From contig NW_013547020.1 of the NCBI RefSeq assembly GCF_000711695.1, forward strand, positions 434,001-457,298: DNA of 23,298 nt. Reading direction: 5' to 3'. A program made the position numbers and the translations under genes. The notes beneath the pieces are model-generated. The model was not told where the DNA came from and did not search any database. It saw nothing but the letters and a program-made list of their open reading frames with translations. Positions 1 through 10,068 of this stretch are shown in pieces; the first letter of the stretch is position 1; every line of letters begins with the position of its first letter. Source of the stretch: Tilletiaria anomala UBC 951. Taxonomy: Eukaryota.

Positions 1-1
1 C

Positions 2-1282
2 AGTGCTATCGGTGGAGGCACTTTCCCGCAGTACAGCGGATCGCCCTCGATGGGCTCGGTACACAAGTTCATGAACATCGGCCCAGCAGAATTCCTTTTC
101 TTTAAAGAGCAAACAGCATACTCGCTCGTCTCATTCGGCATGGACGTTAACTCAACTGTAGAATTCCTTGGTCTTCTGGAGAACTTTGACCTGCGATGCC
201 GCGTTCCGTTCTCGTTTCCCAATGGCGCGCCAGCCGAAAGCCAAGTGATCTGCTCCGCATCCGACTGTGGGCTCGCCCCAAACACTCAGGGGCTACAGGA
301 TTGCACGCAGCCGGACGTCAATGGCACTCACGGCGTGGCGCCGCAAAGGGCCAGCTACATCGGCGAAGGTGCAACTGGGTCGCCTCGGAGCGGATCAGGT
401 GCGAATGTTGGCGCCATCGCAGGAGGTATTGTTGGAGGCGTTGTGGGGCTCGCGCTAGTCGCGCTCGGCATCTTCCTGCTCATGCGCCGGCAGCGGCAGA
501 AGAATGTCCAATGGGAGCACGATGCTGACGACCACGCGGCATCTAGGTACGGCAAGCTAGCGCCGACTGCCAACGCCTACGGAGGCGCCATGGTCGGCTC
601 GGATGCCGGCTCGGGTAACTTCACGCAGACAGGCCTGACGGCTCCTCGCTCCATTCTCATATCGCAGAATTCCCGCCCAACCAGCCCAGATGCATTCAGC
701 TCGTCCGCGCGGACTGGCTACTATGATCATGGCATGATTCGCAGCAACAATGGCCGTCCAGCCTCCGTGCAGTCTGCCACATCCGGCACGAGTCGCGCGA
801 CCGGTCGCCGCGTTGGCGGCCCCGTATCAGATCAGCGTTCGATCTCAGATACGCTCGGTTCCCAGCGAGATGCCATGCCATCTGGTGCGCTGCTCGGCAA
901 CGCACCACCGATGTACGAGCGCTACGTCTCTGCAGGCGCTGCGCGCATGGGAGACATCGACGAGCAGCGCGAGGATGCACACACCTACGCTGCTTCTCCG
1001 CCATCGTTAGCCTCACCCCAATACCAGCCGCGACAAGAGTGGCCTACGCCAGCGATCGAGGACCACCCCGGCATCTCTCACAATGAGCTTCTCGAGATTG
1101 CCCGCGATGTTGAACTGCCACCTGGGGAGACGGAGCGCCTGATCAAGGAGGCGCACGAAGCACGGGCAGCAGCGTTCGCTGCTAGGCAGCAAGGAGAGTC
1201 CAGCGGCTCTTCGGCAGTCGCCAGTGCGTCACATACCATGCCCATCCTAGACACCAAAGATGAGGCTGGTCCATCTTCATGA
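2..1282 (+). CDS. Single-pass membrane protein, 5'-partial: truncated-globin-like ectodomain fragment, Cys-containing linker, GxxxG transmembrane helix, long Ser/Gly/Pro-rich cytoplasmic tail
   Basis: The frame is open from base 2 (SAIGGGTFPQYSGSPSMGSVHKFMNIGPAEF...), so the ATG at 50 is probably internal. TM segment VGAIAGGIVGGVVGLALVALGIFLLM (~407-484) is followed by basic RRQRQK. Stop TGA ends at 1282. Confidence 0.8.
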   Translation, partial: SAIGGGTFPQYSGSPSMGSVHKFMNIGPAEFLFFKEQTAYSLVSFGMDVNSTVEFLGLLENFDLRCRVPFSFPNGAPAESQVICSASDCGLAPNTQGLQDCTQPDVNGTHGVAPQRASYIGEGATGSPRSGSGANVGAIAGGIVGGVVGLALVALGIFLLMRRQRQKNVQWEHDADDHAASRYGKLAPTANAYGGAMVGSDAGSGNFTQTGLTAPRSILISQNSRPTSPDAFSSSARTGYYDHGMIRSNNGRPASVQSATSGTSRATGRRVGGPVSDQRSISDTLGSQRDAMPSGALLGNAPPMYERYVSAGAARMGDIDEQREDAHTYAASPPSLASPQYQPRQEWPTPAIEDHPGISHNELLEIARDVELPPGETERLIKEAHEARAAAFAARQQGESSGSSAVASASHTMPILDTKDEAGPSS

Positions 1283-1503
1283 GTCTCCGCACTTCATATT
1301 GCGATTTCTTTGTTTTTTCCAAACGCTCCCATGCATGACACCTTTGACGGATACACTGGAATATCCGGTTTAACGACTTTAAAATCACCCTTACGCTCGC
1401 TTATTGCAATGCTATAAAACCCCTTGCTTTAATGTATTCTTCTGTCAGATTTAGGGATGCAAGTACAACACTAGAGGTCTTGCTTGTGAAGTTCATTTTG
1501 ATG

Positions 1504-4500
1504 TTACATGTTGGAATCGACGACGCACAGCGCCTGTCCTTCTCCAATCCTGCGTAGCAAGGGAGGCGAATCTTCAGCAAACGGTAAAGATGCCATGAGG
1601 AACCGCTGCCGCAAAACTCACGTATCTCCTTCCTTGACCAACAGCCGAAGCGTGCCTGCTGAACGCGCAAGCAACTTGATTTCCGTCTTCATGCTCTCCA
1701 TCACCAGGATGCTCTCTCCTGGTTTAACACTCTGCCCGTCCTTGGCAATGAGGTGAAGGATGCGGCAGGGCATTGGAGTGGAGTATGTCGATTCTGGTGG
1801 AAGCAAAGCAGCTGATTAGCTCAAACCTGCCCTTCGCCAGTCTCGAGGCTTTCTTTCAGACTCTCACCATCAGCACTGCCGGCGGCCTGTCCCTCCTCCA
1901 ATCGACCCGCATACACTCGCAAGCTGCGCCTGATAACTTTGACTTGGCCTGCAATAGCAGGAAGCCAGAGCCAGGCAAACTGACTGCATTCTTCGTGCGC
2001 TTCGAAATGCTCGTCGGACGCGAGCACGGAAAAGTGTGTTGTTGATGGCGTGGTGGAAGAAACCTCTGGCAACTCAGAAAGAAGCTGAACCTCGTACCGC
2101 ACTGCACCATTTAGCCATTGTGCTGCTCCGTCAAGAGCGCGGACATGCGTCAGCTCCGGACCGATGCTTGCTCCATTTGGTCGAACGGTGACGCGCACGC
2201 GCTGCACAGCATCGGGCGCAACACCGAACGGCCAGCTGGCTTTGGGCCTGCCTTTACTGTCCGCCTTCACTTCATCCGAAACAGCTGGCCGACCCTCGAC
2301 GCCTGCACGCGAGGGCAGGGAAGCGTAATAACGAGCCGTAGCTGCAGTACGAAGCTGTGGAAGGGTGGGTGCCGTCGTCGTACCCGAACCAGCGTTTCCG
2401 TTCCTTTTTCCTTTTTCTGCAGCCTTCGCTTTCGCTTGGTCGACGAGGCCCTTGAGAACTTGCTTTTCGGTGTCGTGTGCGGCGTCGTTGTGCCACAGCA
2501 TGACTTCGAATGATTCGCCGCTGCTTCCGCCGGCGCTGGCTGCCCATGCAGTCTGGAGCGGCAGCGGCCGGTACTGCAGCATGATGTCCCACATCTGCAC
2601 ATTGCCCGGCAGGGTGATGACGTAATTTTCGGTCTGGTGCAAGGATACGTCCGCGTTGTGGAGACGCCAGGACTGCTTGAGCCCCACGCGTGCAGGGCGC
2701 AGTCGCTTGCGGATCGCGTGGAAGAATAAGAACGTGGGAAGAGCGGCGTGGATTGGGATTTCGCGTTCAAGTGCAGCGGGGGCGAGGGAATTGTTCAGCA
2801 TCAAAGCCCGCATGGCCGCGGATGAGCCGTGGCCGAGCAACGAGTCGATGTTCTGCGGGATCAGGCTCGTCGAGTAACTCCCACCAGTGAATGCTGGATG
2901 CCCGAGACATGCGTGTATGAATGCCGTGTTGGTTGTGACACCCAGGACGGGCGTGCACTCCAGCATCTGCCGCGCGGCGCGGATTGCAGCTGCGCGGTCA
3001 GGCGCGTGGACGATGAGCTTGGCAAGCATCGGGTCGAAGTGGATGGAGACATTGCTGCCTGTGACCACGCCGCTGTCCAGTCGATAGCCGGGTCGCGAAA
3101 CGGCAAGCGGTGCGGATATGTGACGAACATAGCCAGTGCGAGGGGCGAACTCTGCGCCGGGCTCCTCGGCGCAGAGACGCATCTCGATCGCGTGCCCTAC
3201 AGGCGGCCGTCGCGCGCGCTCCGCTACATCGCTGAGATTGCTGATGTCGCCGCCGCCGGCAACGTACAGCTGCAGGCTGACAAGGTCGATGCCGTAGACG
3301 CACTCGGTGACAGGGTGCTCGACCTGCAGGCGCGTGTTGATCTCCAGAAAGTAGAAGCGCTTCAGAGCGGAGGAGTAGATGTATTCAATCGTCGCGGCGC
3401 CCTGATAAGCGAGGAGCTTGCCGATCAGGACTGCCGAGGCGTGCAGGTCTTTTCTGAGCTACAATTGTTGAGTGTGACCGTGTAAGCCATATCTGATCGA
3501 AGAGACTATAATCGAAGCTTACTGACCTCGGGAAAGTTGCTCATCTCCATACACGGGCTTTCTTCGATTATCTTTTGATGTCTGCGCTGGACGCTGCACT
3601 CTCTCTCGCCAAGCGCGATGACATTCCCATAGTTGTCGCCGAAAATCTGCACTTCGATGTGCTTGCCATTTTCGATATACTTTTCAATCAGCAGATGTGG
3701 CGAGCCGAATGACCGTTGTGCCTCGGACTGGGCGCGGCTGATTTCTTCTGGAAGGCTATTGAGAATACAGATGTCAAAATGTGCTTCTCTTCCAGTTTGG
3801 GGAGCAGACGAACCTCGCGCTGTCTCGGACGATCCGTATGCCTTTGCCTCCTCCGCCTGCGCTCGCCTTGAGGAGGACAGGGAAACCGATCTTTCTAGCC
3901 TCTTGCACGAGCACTTCCATTTTCTGCCCCTCAGGCGTCTTTTCTGATTCGTAGCCTGGTACCAGCGGCGCCTTGTCTGCGCCGAGGCGGCTCCTGAGCA
4001 GGACCTTTGAATTTGCCTTTTCTCCCATCTGGCGCATCACTTCGCCCTTGGGACCGATGAAGCACAGTTTCCGGCTTGAATCGTCAGGAAGGGCGGTCGA
4101 GGCGACCTTGTCGGCAAAGTCGGCCTGTTCGCTGAGATATCCGTAGCCGGGATGAAGTGCGTCACAGTCGTTGTCGAGAGCTGTCTTGATGAGCAATTCA
4201 CCGTCGAGGTACGGTGGCGGACGCCCGCTGATGCCATGCTGCTCTATTGATCCGAGGCAGATGGCGCGATCGGCAGCCAGGACGTGCGGGCCATCGCAGT
4301 CTTCGCTGACGTACACGGCCACGGTTGATATCCCGAGGGCTTGGCACGTCTTGATAATCCTCAGTGCGATCTCGCCACGGTTGGCGATTAGAACACGCCG
4401 GACTGGGTGCGGGATAGGAAGGGCCTGGGTAGCGGCGCTGCTGCTCGTCGCAGGGCACAGGTAGAGCGGGGCGCCAAGATATGTTGGCGGCAGGGGCGAG

Positions 4501-4511
4501 GTGGTCGCCAT
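1504..4511 (-). CDS. Biotin-dependent acyl-CoA carboxylase alpha subunit (biotin carboxylase + BT + biotin-carrier domain), MCC/geranyl-CoA carboxylase family, ~911 aa, 5 exons
   Basis: Exons 4511-3814, 3755-3527, 3458-1868, 1793-1622 and 1549-1504 join in frame across GT-AG introns. Motifs: [77 protein letters not shown] and the biotinylation motif ESMKTE. C-terminus ...VVDSNM*. Confidence 0.93.
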
Positions 4512-4965
4512 GTGTTCTGAAGCGTTCGGGTAAGAGGCCAAGCAGACAGTGTATGTGTTCCTCAGAGACGCTCCTCAGGGTCTGCGAGCTCCCCTCAGAT
4601 CCTCAACTCGATGTCTCCAAGCAGCTGTGAAGGCGAATCGTATGCAACATGATTGTGTACGGGCCACCATCTTGAGTGTGGGTAGCTGAGTGAATTGAAT
4701 GGAGAGTGATCGCCACATTGTCAGCCTGTTTGCCGGTAACACATCCGGCCCGGAACACCCCACCCAGTCGCTTGATTTCCATTCGTACACAATACCATCA
4801 GAAAACAGAGTGTCGTTAGAATGGTGGGCAATGCTGGCTGCTGACTGCTTACTCTGGATCGAACTCGAGGCCTCGAGGCCACCTGAAGAGCAGATGACAT
4901 CGCCCGCCTACATGGCCTCGCAGTGATCGCTGGGCCTCCCTATCGACCGCGAACCTCAGTCAGGA
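4512..4965. promoter_or_regulatory. Putative bidirectional promoter between the divergent carboxylase alpha and beta genes
   Basis: 454 bp separate two divergent start codons of subunits of the same enzyme class. No specific cis-elements identified. Confidence 0.55.
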
Positions 4966-6926
4966 ATGGCTCCTGCTTGGACCATGCCGACGGCCAGGAT
5001 GACGACGCTACAACAAGCAGAGGCTGGCTTGCACGCGCGTCACCCAGCGCTCGCCTACCCACCCATCAACCTCCCCCTTATCCCGCCATCAGATGAGATG
5101 AAGGAGATCCGCGAGGGGAACCTGTCCCTCATCCACGACTGGCGCGAGCGCATCGCGGCGCAAATGTCCCAAGGTCCCTCCAGCGCCCAGGCGCTTCACT
5201 TCCGCCGTGGCATGCTCCTCACGCGCGACCGCATCGCCCTACTCCTCGACCAAGACTCGCCCTGGCTTGAACTCTGTGCGTTTGCCGGCTACGACCAAGA
5301 GGACTCGACGCCCTGCGCCTCGACGGTCGCCGGCATCGGCCTCGTGAACGGCGTGCTATGTATGATCAGCTCGGGCATCCCGACTCTTCAAGGCGGAAGT
5401 ATCAACGAGATGGCTGTCCTCAAGGGTGAGCGCATCGCGCAGATCGCCGCAGAGAATCGGCTACCTGGCATTGGGCTCGTGCAGAGCGCCGGTGCGAACC
5501 TCACGCAGCAGTTCCGAGTCTTCCACAAGGGCGGCGGTAGCTTCCGTAGTCTTGCGGAGCGCAGCCAAGCAGGCATTCCGACTTGCGTGAGTGCATGATG
5601 TGCATTCGGTCGTACTTTTCTCTTCCATTCACACAATTATTTTCTTCATTGCTGTATAGTCCGTTGTCTTTGGAAGCAGCACCGCCGGCGGAGCTTATCA
5701 GCCCGGCATGTCCGACTATGTCATTATGGTCAAGCAGCAAGCGCAGGTTTTCCTTGGAGGTCCACCGCTGGTTAAGATGGCGACGGGTGAAGTGTCCACG
5801 GCTGAAGACCTCGGCGGAGCAGAGATGCATTCACGCAAGAGCGGCGTCAGCGACTGGCTCGCCGATGACGAGTTCCAGGCACTGGTCAAAGCGCGTGAAT
5901 GGGTCGCGTCGCTCAACTGGAGGCATTCTATGACGAACACAGATGCCCTGTATAGCAAGATAGGGCGGGAGCTCGCACCGGTTCACAGGATGGACAGCTT
6001 ATTGGACGTCGCACAGGCGAACATCAAAAAGCCTTGGGATGTCACCCAACTCATCGCTCGCATTGCCGACGGCAGCCGCTTCTCTGCCTTCAAGCCGCTG
6101 TACGGCACAAACACCGTGTGCGGGTGGGCGTACATTGCCGGCTTTCCTGTTGGGATCATCGGCAACAACAGCGTGCTCTTCCCATCCGACTCGGACAAGT
6201 GCACACAGTTCATCCGACTCTGCAACACGCGTAACGTGCCCATCGTCTGGCTCCACAACTGCTCCGGCTTCATCGTCGGCAGACAGTACGAGGAGAGTGG
6301 GATCATCAAGACCGGCAGCCTCATGATCAACGCCGTGTCTAACAGCCGTGTGCCGCACCTGAGCATCATCTGCGGCTCGAGCTATGGTGCGGCCAATTAT
6401 GCGATGTGCGGCCGCTCGTACGGCCCGCGCTTCCTGTTCAGTTGGCCGCAGGCGCGCTGCTCCGTCATGGGTGCCGAGGCGCTCAGTGGCGTGCTCGACA
6501 TTGTCGGGCGCGAAGCAGCCGCACGTAGGGGCAAGATGATCGATGAGGAAAAGCAGCAAAGCATCATGGCCATGTTCAAGATGGACGTGGAAAGTCAGAG
6601 CGATTCTTATTACACCAGTAGCAGGATGCTGGATGATGGGATCATCGACGTGAGCCTCTTTTTCATTCTTGCTTTTGGACCTACAAGCTCAGGCGCGCAA
6701 AGACATCGAGGCTCATGTGCGTTTTGCTCATCCCATCTTGACTCCAGCCAAGAGACACTCGCGACGTCTTGGCTTTCTGTCTCGAAGTGGTCAACCAAGA
6801 AAAGGTAAGCTTAGGCGTGCTTTTGCACCCTCGCACATCCACTCTCAAACTTGGCTTGCTTATTATGAATGTCATCCTCCGCAGATCCAAGGCAACCCGG
6901 GCTTTGCGGGCGTTTCACGCATGTAA
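4966..6926 (+). CDS. Acyl-CoA carboxylase beta subunit (carboxyltransferase), AtuC/MCC-beta family, ~569 aa, 4 exons
   Basis: Exons 4966-5586, 5660-6649, 6748-6804 and 6885-6926 join in frame. Motifs: RDRIALLLD, LVQSAGANL, VFGSSTAGGAYQPGMSD, FLGGPPLVKMATGE, LGGAEMH, GSSYGAANYAMCGRSYGPRFLFSWP, DDGIIDPRDTR. C-terminus ...FAGVSRM*. Confidence 0.93.
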
Positions 6927-7499
6927 TCCACCATGTAATCACACAGAGCGCGCCTTTGGAGTTTGCGAAGGTGATACAGGTACAGGGGTTTCTTTCACTG
7001 CGCACACGAGGGAGACGGTAGGGCTAGTTTTGCTCGGTCTTCGACATGCGCCGGTATCTATGACCGCCACACCTCCCGGGGTCTGCTAAGCCCAAGTTGC
7101 GAACGTGCACTCCGAGAGATTCAGGCGTAGATCTTCCGTTTGCATAAGGCCCAGACAGCACGGTCCGCACTTGAGCCATGTAGCAGTGCACACGTGCTGC
7201 CTCACCTGAAAATGGGCCCTTGACGTGGCAGCTATGATGGCCAGCACTTCTGGTACCGTCGAGCTGATGATTTTAAATTCGACATGGAGCCCATTCTCAG
7301 CAGTCGTGGTGGTTGGTAGTGCATAGCGCTGCGCTGTGCTCACAGGCATCTTTCTTGTGCAGCGAGGGTAGCGAGTAGCGAGCATTCTGCAGGGTATCGG
7401 CTCCATGATGCCAGGGAAAAGGCGTTGCGCTTGTTCGCATACCGAGTTGAAGAGGAGGAAGAATAGGAAGTATTAATTATGTGAGACGCGTCGTGCACC

Positions 7500-9989
7500 A
7501 TGCGCGACGCGTTGGCTGATAGAGCAACAGGTTCATCATCACTCGTTAACACTTCGGCTCACACTTCGTTCATTGTAGCCAGTAGCAGCCATTTGTAAGA
7601 TCCGACAACAATTCAGCAGGGCACAGGAAGAGCGAAAACACCCACGCCATGTCTGCCACAACCGCGACCTCAATGCACGGGAAGGGCGCTCAGCTCCCGC
7701 ATGATGGCCCGCTCTTACACCCACTTAGCGTGAACCCGCACTTGGAGCAGCTTGCGCTCGACTCATTCGAGGAGAACATGAGTAAGTGAATCGATATGTA
7801 AAACTAAATTTCTGGACCCTAAGGGTCAAGAGCTGATGTGAAGGACAAAACCTCTGGCAGTCCCAAATGCAATCGGCTTCCTGCGGAGACTCATGCTCAA
7901 CTCGGTTCCTCCAACGGTGTGCGTCCATACTACTGGACGAGGGCGTTTTGGCTGATGAAACTCTGACCTTCTGTTCGACTCGTGCATGTGCAGCACTATG
8001 ATTCAATTCATAATTGCTGTTGCCCTGTGCTCACCAAAAGCAGCAGTCAAGCGTACGGAGGAGAAAGCAAGACGACTCCGAACCGAAAAGTACCGTCTTG
8101 AACTGTCTGCAAAGCCCACTCCAGAAGACATTGTCGCGGCCCTCGACTTGCTGCACCGCATTGGGGACATGTATCCTGGGGAGCTGATAACTGCCTTGCC
8201 GCCATATTCACCGGGAGGTACAGGCGATGATGGCCAAGTGCCTCCCAATCCAGCTTCTGCGTATGCTTCTTTCGCTATCCCGCGGCCCACTTCACGTCTT
8301 GATCCGGAAGCGTCTTTCTCCAGCTCTGAGCTACCCATCCGGATGTACGTCTGGGACTACTTGATGACGTGCAGGGACATATGGTCTCTTGCGGACATCA
8401 AGGAGGAGTACTGGGAAATCAACCCTACCGCAGCGGCGGAGCGCCGCAAGCATAAGCGAAAGTTAAGACAGCAAATCCCGCAGAGCGATCCATCCAGCTC
8501 GAAATCGAGAGACTTATCGGGCTTCTGGAATGTTCTCAGCGTCGTAGCCCCCGTGTGGAAGGCACAGCACGAGTTCATCCGGCGCAATCTGCGCGAGCGC
8601 GGGCTTGCGTGGCGTCCTCCTCCCGCGGGTGAGTGTCAATTTCTTTCTCGCTTGACCGATAGCTTTGTTGCTCATGCACGCTCTCACCTTCGAATGTATT
8701 GCAGAAGTGTCAAAGCTCTCACTCGTCCATCAGTGCTTCCACTCGGTATTGCCTCGTACAAGAGGGTGGTCGGCAGCAACGGACCTCAAGACGATGCTCG
8801 ATACGCTTGCCTCCGGCCTCAAGTCATCTGAATTCCAGCGTCCCATTGCCGGCAAAGCCTTACCAAGTCGAAAGTCGGTTGCCCTATCCATTCTTCAGGA
8901 AGTTTTCTTCCTCTGTGAGATTGATCTGATCGACTCGTCCGCGATCTTGCGATGGCTCGGGCCGCAGTGCGGCGTCGAGGTCGTCCTTGATGATGATGAC
9001 AATCCCATCGCCCTAGGTCCGGATGAAGGAAAAGTGGAGCCGTCGACTCTCACCTTGGAGAACGTAAAGGAGATTGAGAATGTGAGTTGGTGCACATATA
9101 CCGAAACGAGACACACCTGACACAGCCCCGATTGGCTTAGCAGCTGTTGCGAGGCATGACGAGTGCATGGTTTCCGATGCTGAAAGGCTACCAAATCTTC
9201 GAAAGGTCGCTATCAGTAGGTGCGCAAAACCTTGTGCGCAATGCCTCACAACTGGCGCCAAATCATTCTCAGAGCGTTGGTGTCACGCTTAGCTCCCAGA
9301 GCCAGATAGTCAATCTTTCTGACGCTCTTCTCAAGCATGAATACCGCTCTCTGCCTGGCCTGCACGAGTTTTTAACTAAACACAAAAGCGCAGCTTTGCA
9401 ACGAAAGATCGCACAGCTGCACGCTTTTGGCAGCTTCGGTGTCAATGAGCCGACAGACACGGATCCCAATACTGTGCCCGCGTGGCAAGCCTTTATCCCT
9501 GCCAAGGAACGCATCTCTGCCAGGGAGCGGGATAATGCTGCCCGAGGAGGAAACATTGCAGCAGCGAGGCGAAAAAGGTCACGCGCTGCTTCTGTTCAGC
9601 CCGCAGCTGGCACAGCTTCCGATGACCACGTCGACGCAGACAAGCTACGCGCGCGGACATTTCTTACTGCCTATCGAGCCTTGCAGCTGCGCGCCGCCTT
9701 AAGGGTTTACGCGATACGCGCCATGATGGTTCGCAGGTCTCCAAACAGTCAGGCCCTTCGCCAAAGCGGTGCAGCCCTGATTGCAGATGCGAAATATCTG
9801 CTTCTACGCGTCCAACCCGCAGCAGCGGAGCTTGTGCAGGTGTACGAGCTAGAGTCACAACAGGCCGCATCGCTCAACGACTCGAAATTGATGGTGCTGT
9901 GGAATCAAAGTCTCGTCGCGTTCCAATCTGCCCGGGATGCGCTCGAAGTGGAGATTCAAGCGCTGATGTGGTGTATGGACTTTCCGTGA
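7500..9989 (+). CDS. Hypothetical multi-exon protein of unknown function (~640-690 aa; start uncertain)
   Basis: Three long ORFs are joined in phase by canonical introns 8629-8704 and 9082-9140 (or 9143). A phase-consistent 5' extension is exons 7500-7594, 7729-7781, 7861-7918 and 7994-8628. Alternative starts include the ATG at 7778. No recognisable domain. Confidence 0.65.
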
Positions 9990-10006
9990 CACAGCCGATG
10001 GTTGCT

Positions 10007-10058
10007 TGTATGTTTGTATGTATGTATATACGTGTGTTTGGATGTGTATGTATGTATG
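10007..10058. repeat. Imperfect (TATG)n/(TG)n microsatellite between two convergent stop codons
   Basis: tgtatgtttgtatgtatgtatatacgtgtgtttggatgtgtatgtatgtatg. Confidence 0.8.
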
Positions 10059-10068
10059 CGCACCACGT

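Noticed and set aside
1794..1826. Alternative donor CAG|GTTTGA at 1826 for the third alpha-subunit intron
   Set aside because: It gives a 33-nt intron abutting the branch site and the wrong phase. The donor at 1867 restores the frame.
2829..3485. 218-aa plus-strand ORF
   Set aside because: Antisense shadow of the conserved biotin carboxylase exon, typical of GC-rich coding DNA.
6930..7499. Short ORFs between the carboxyltransferase and the unknown gene
   Set aside because: No consistent splice-phase model or motif. Treated as intergenic.
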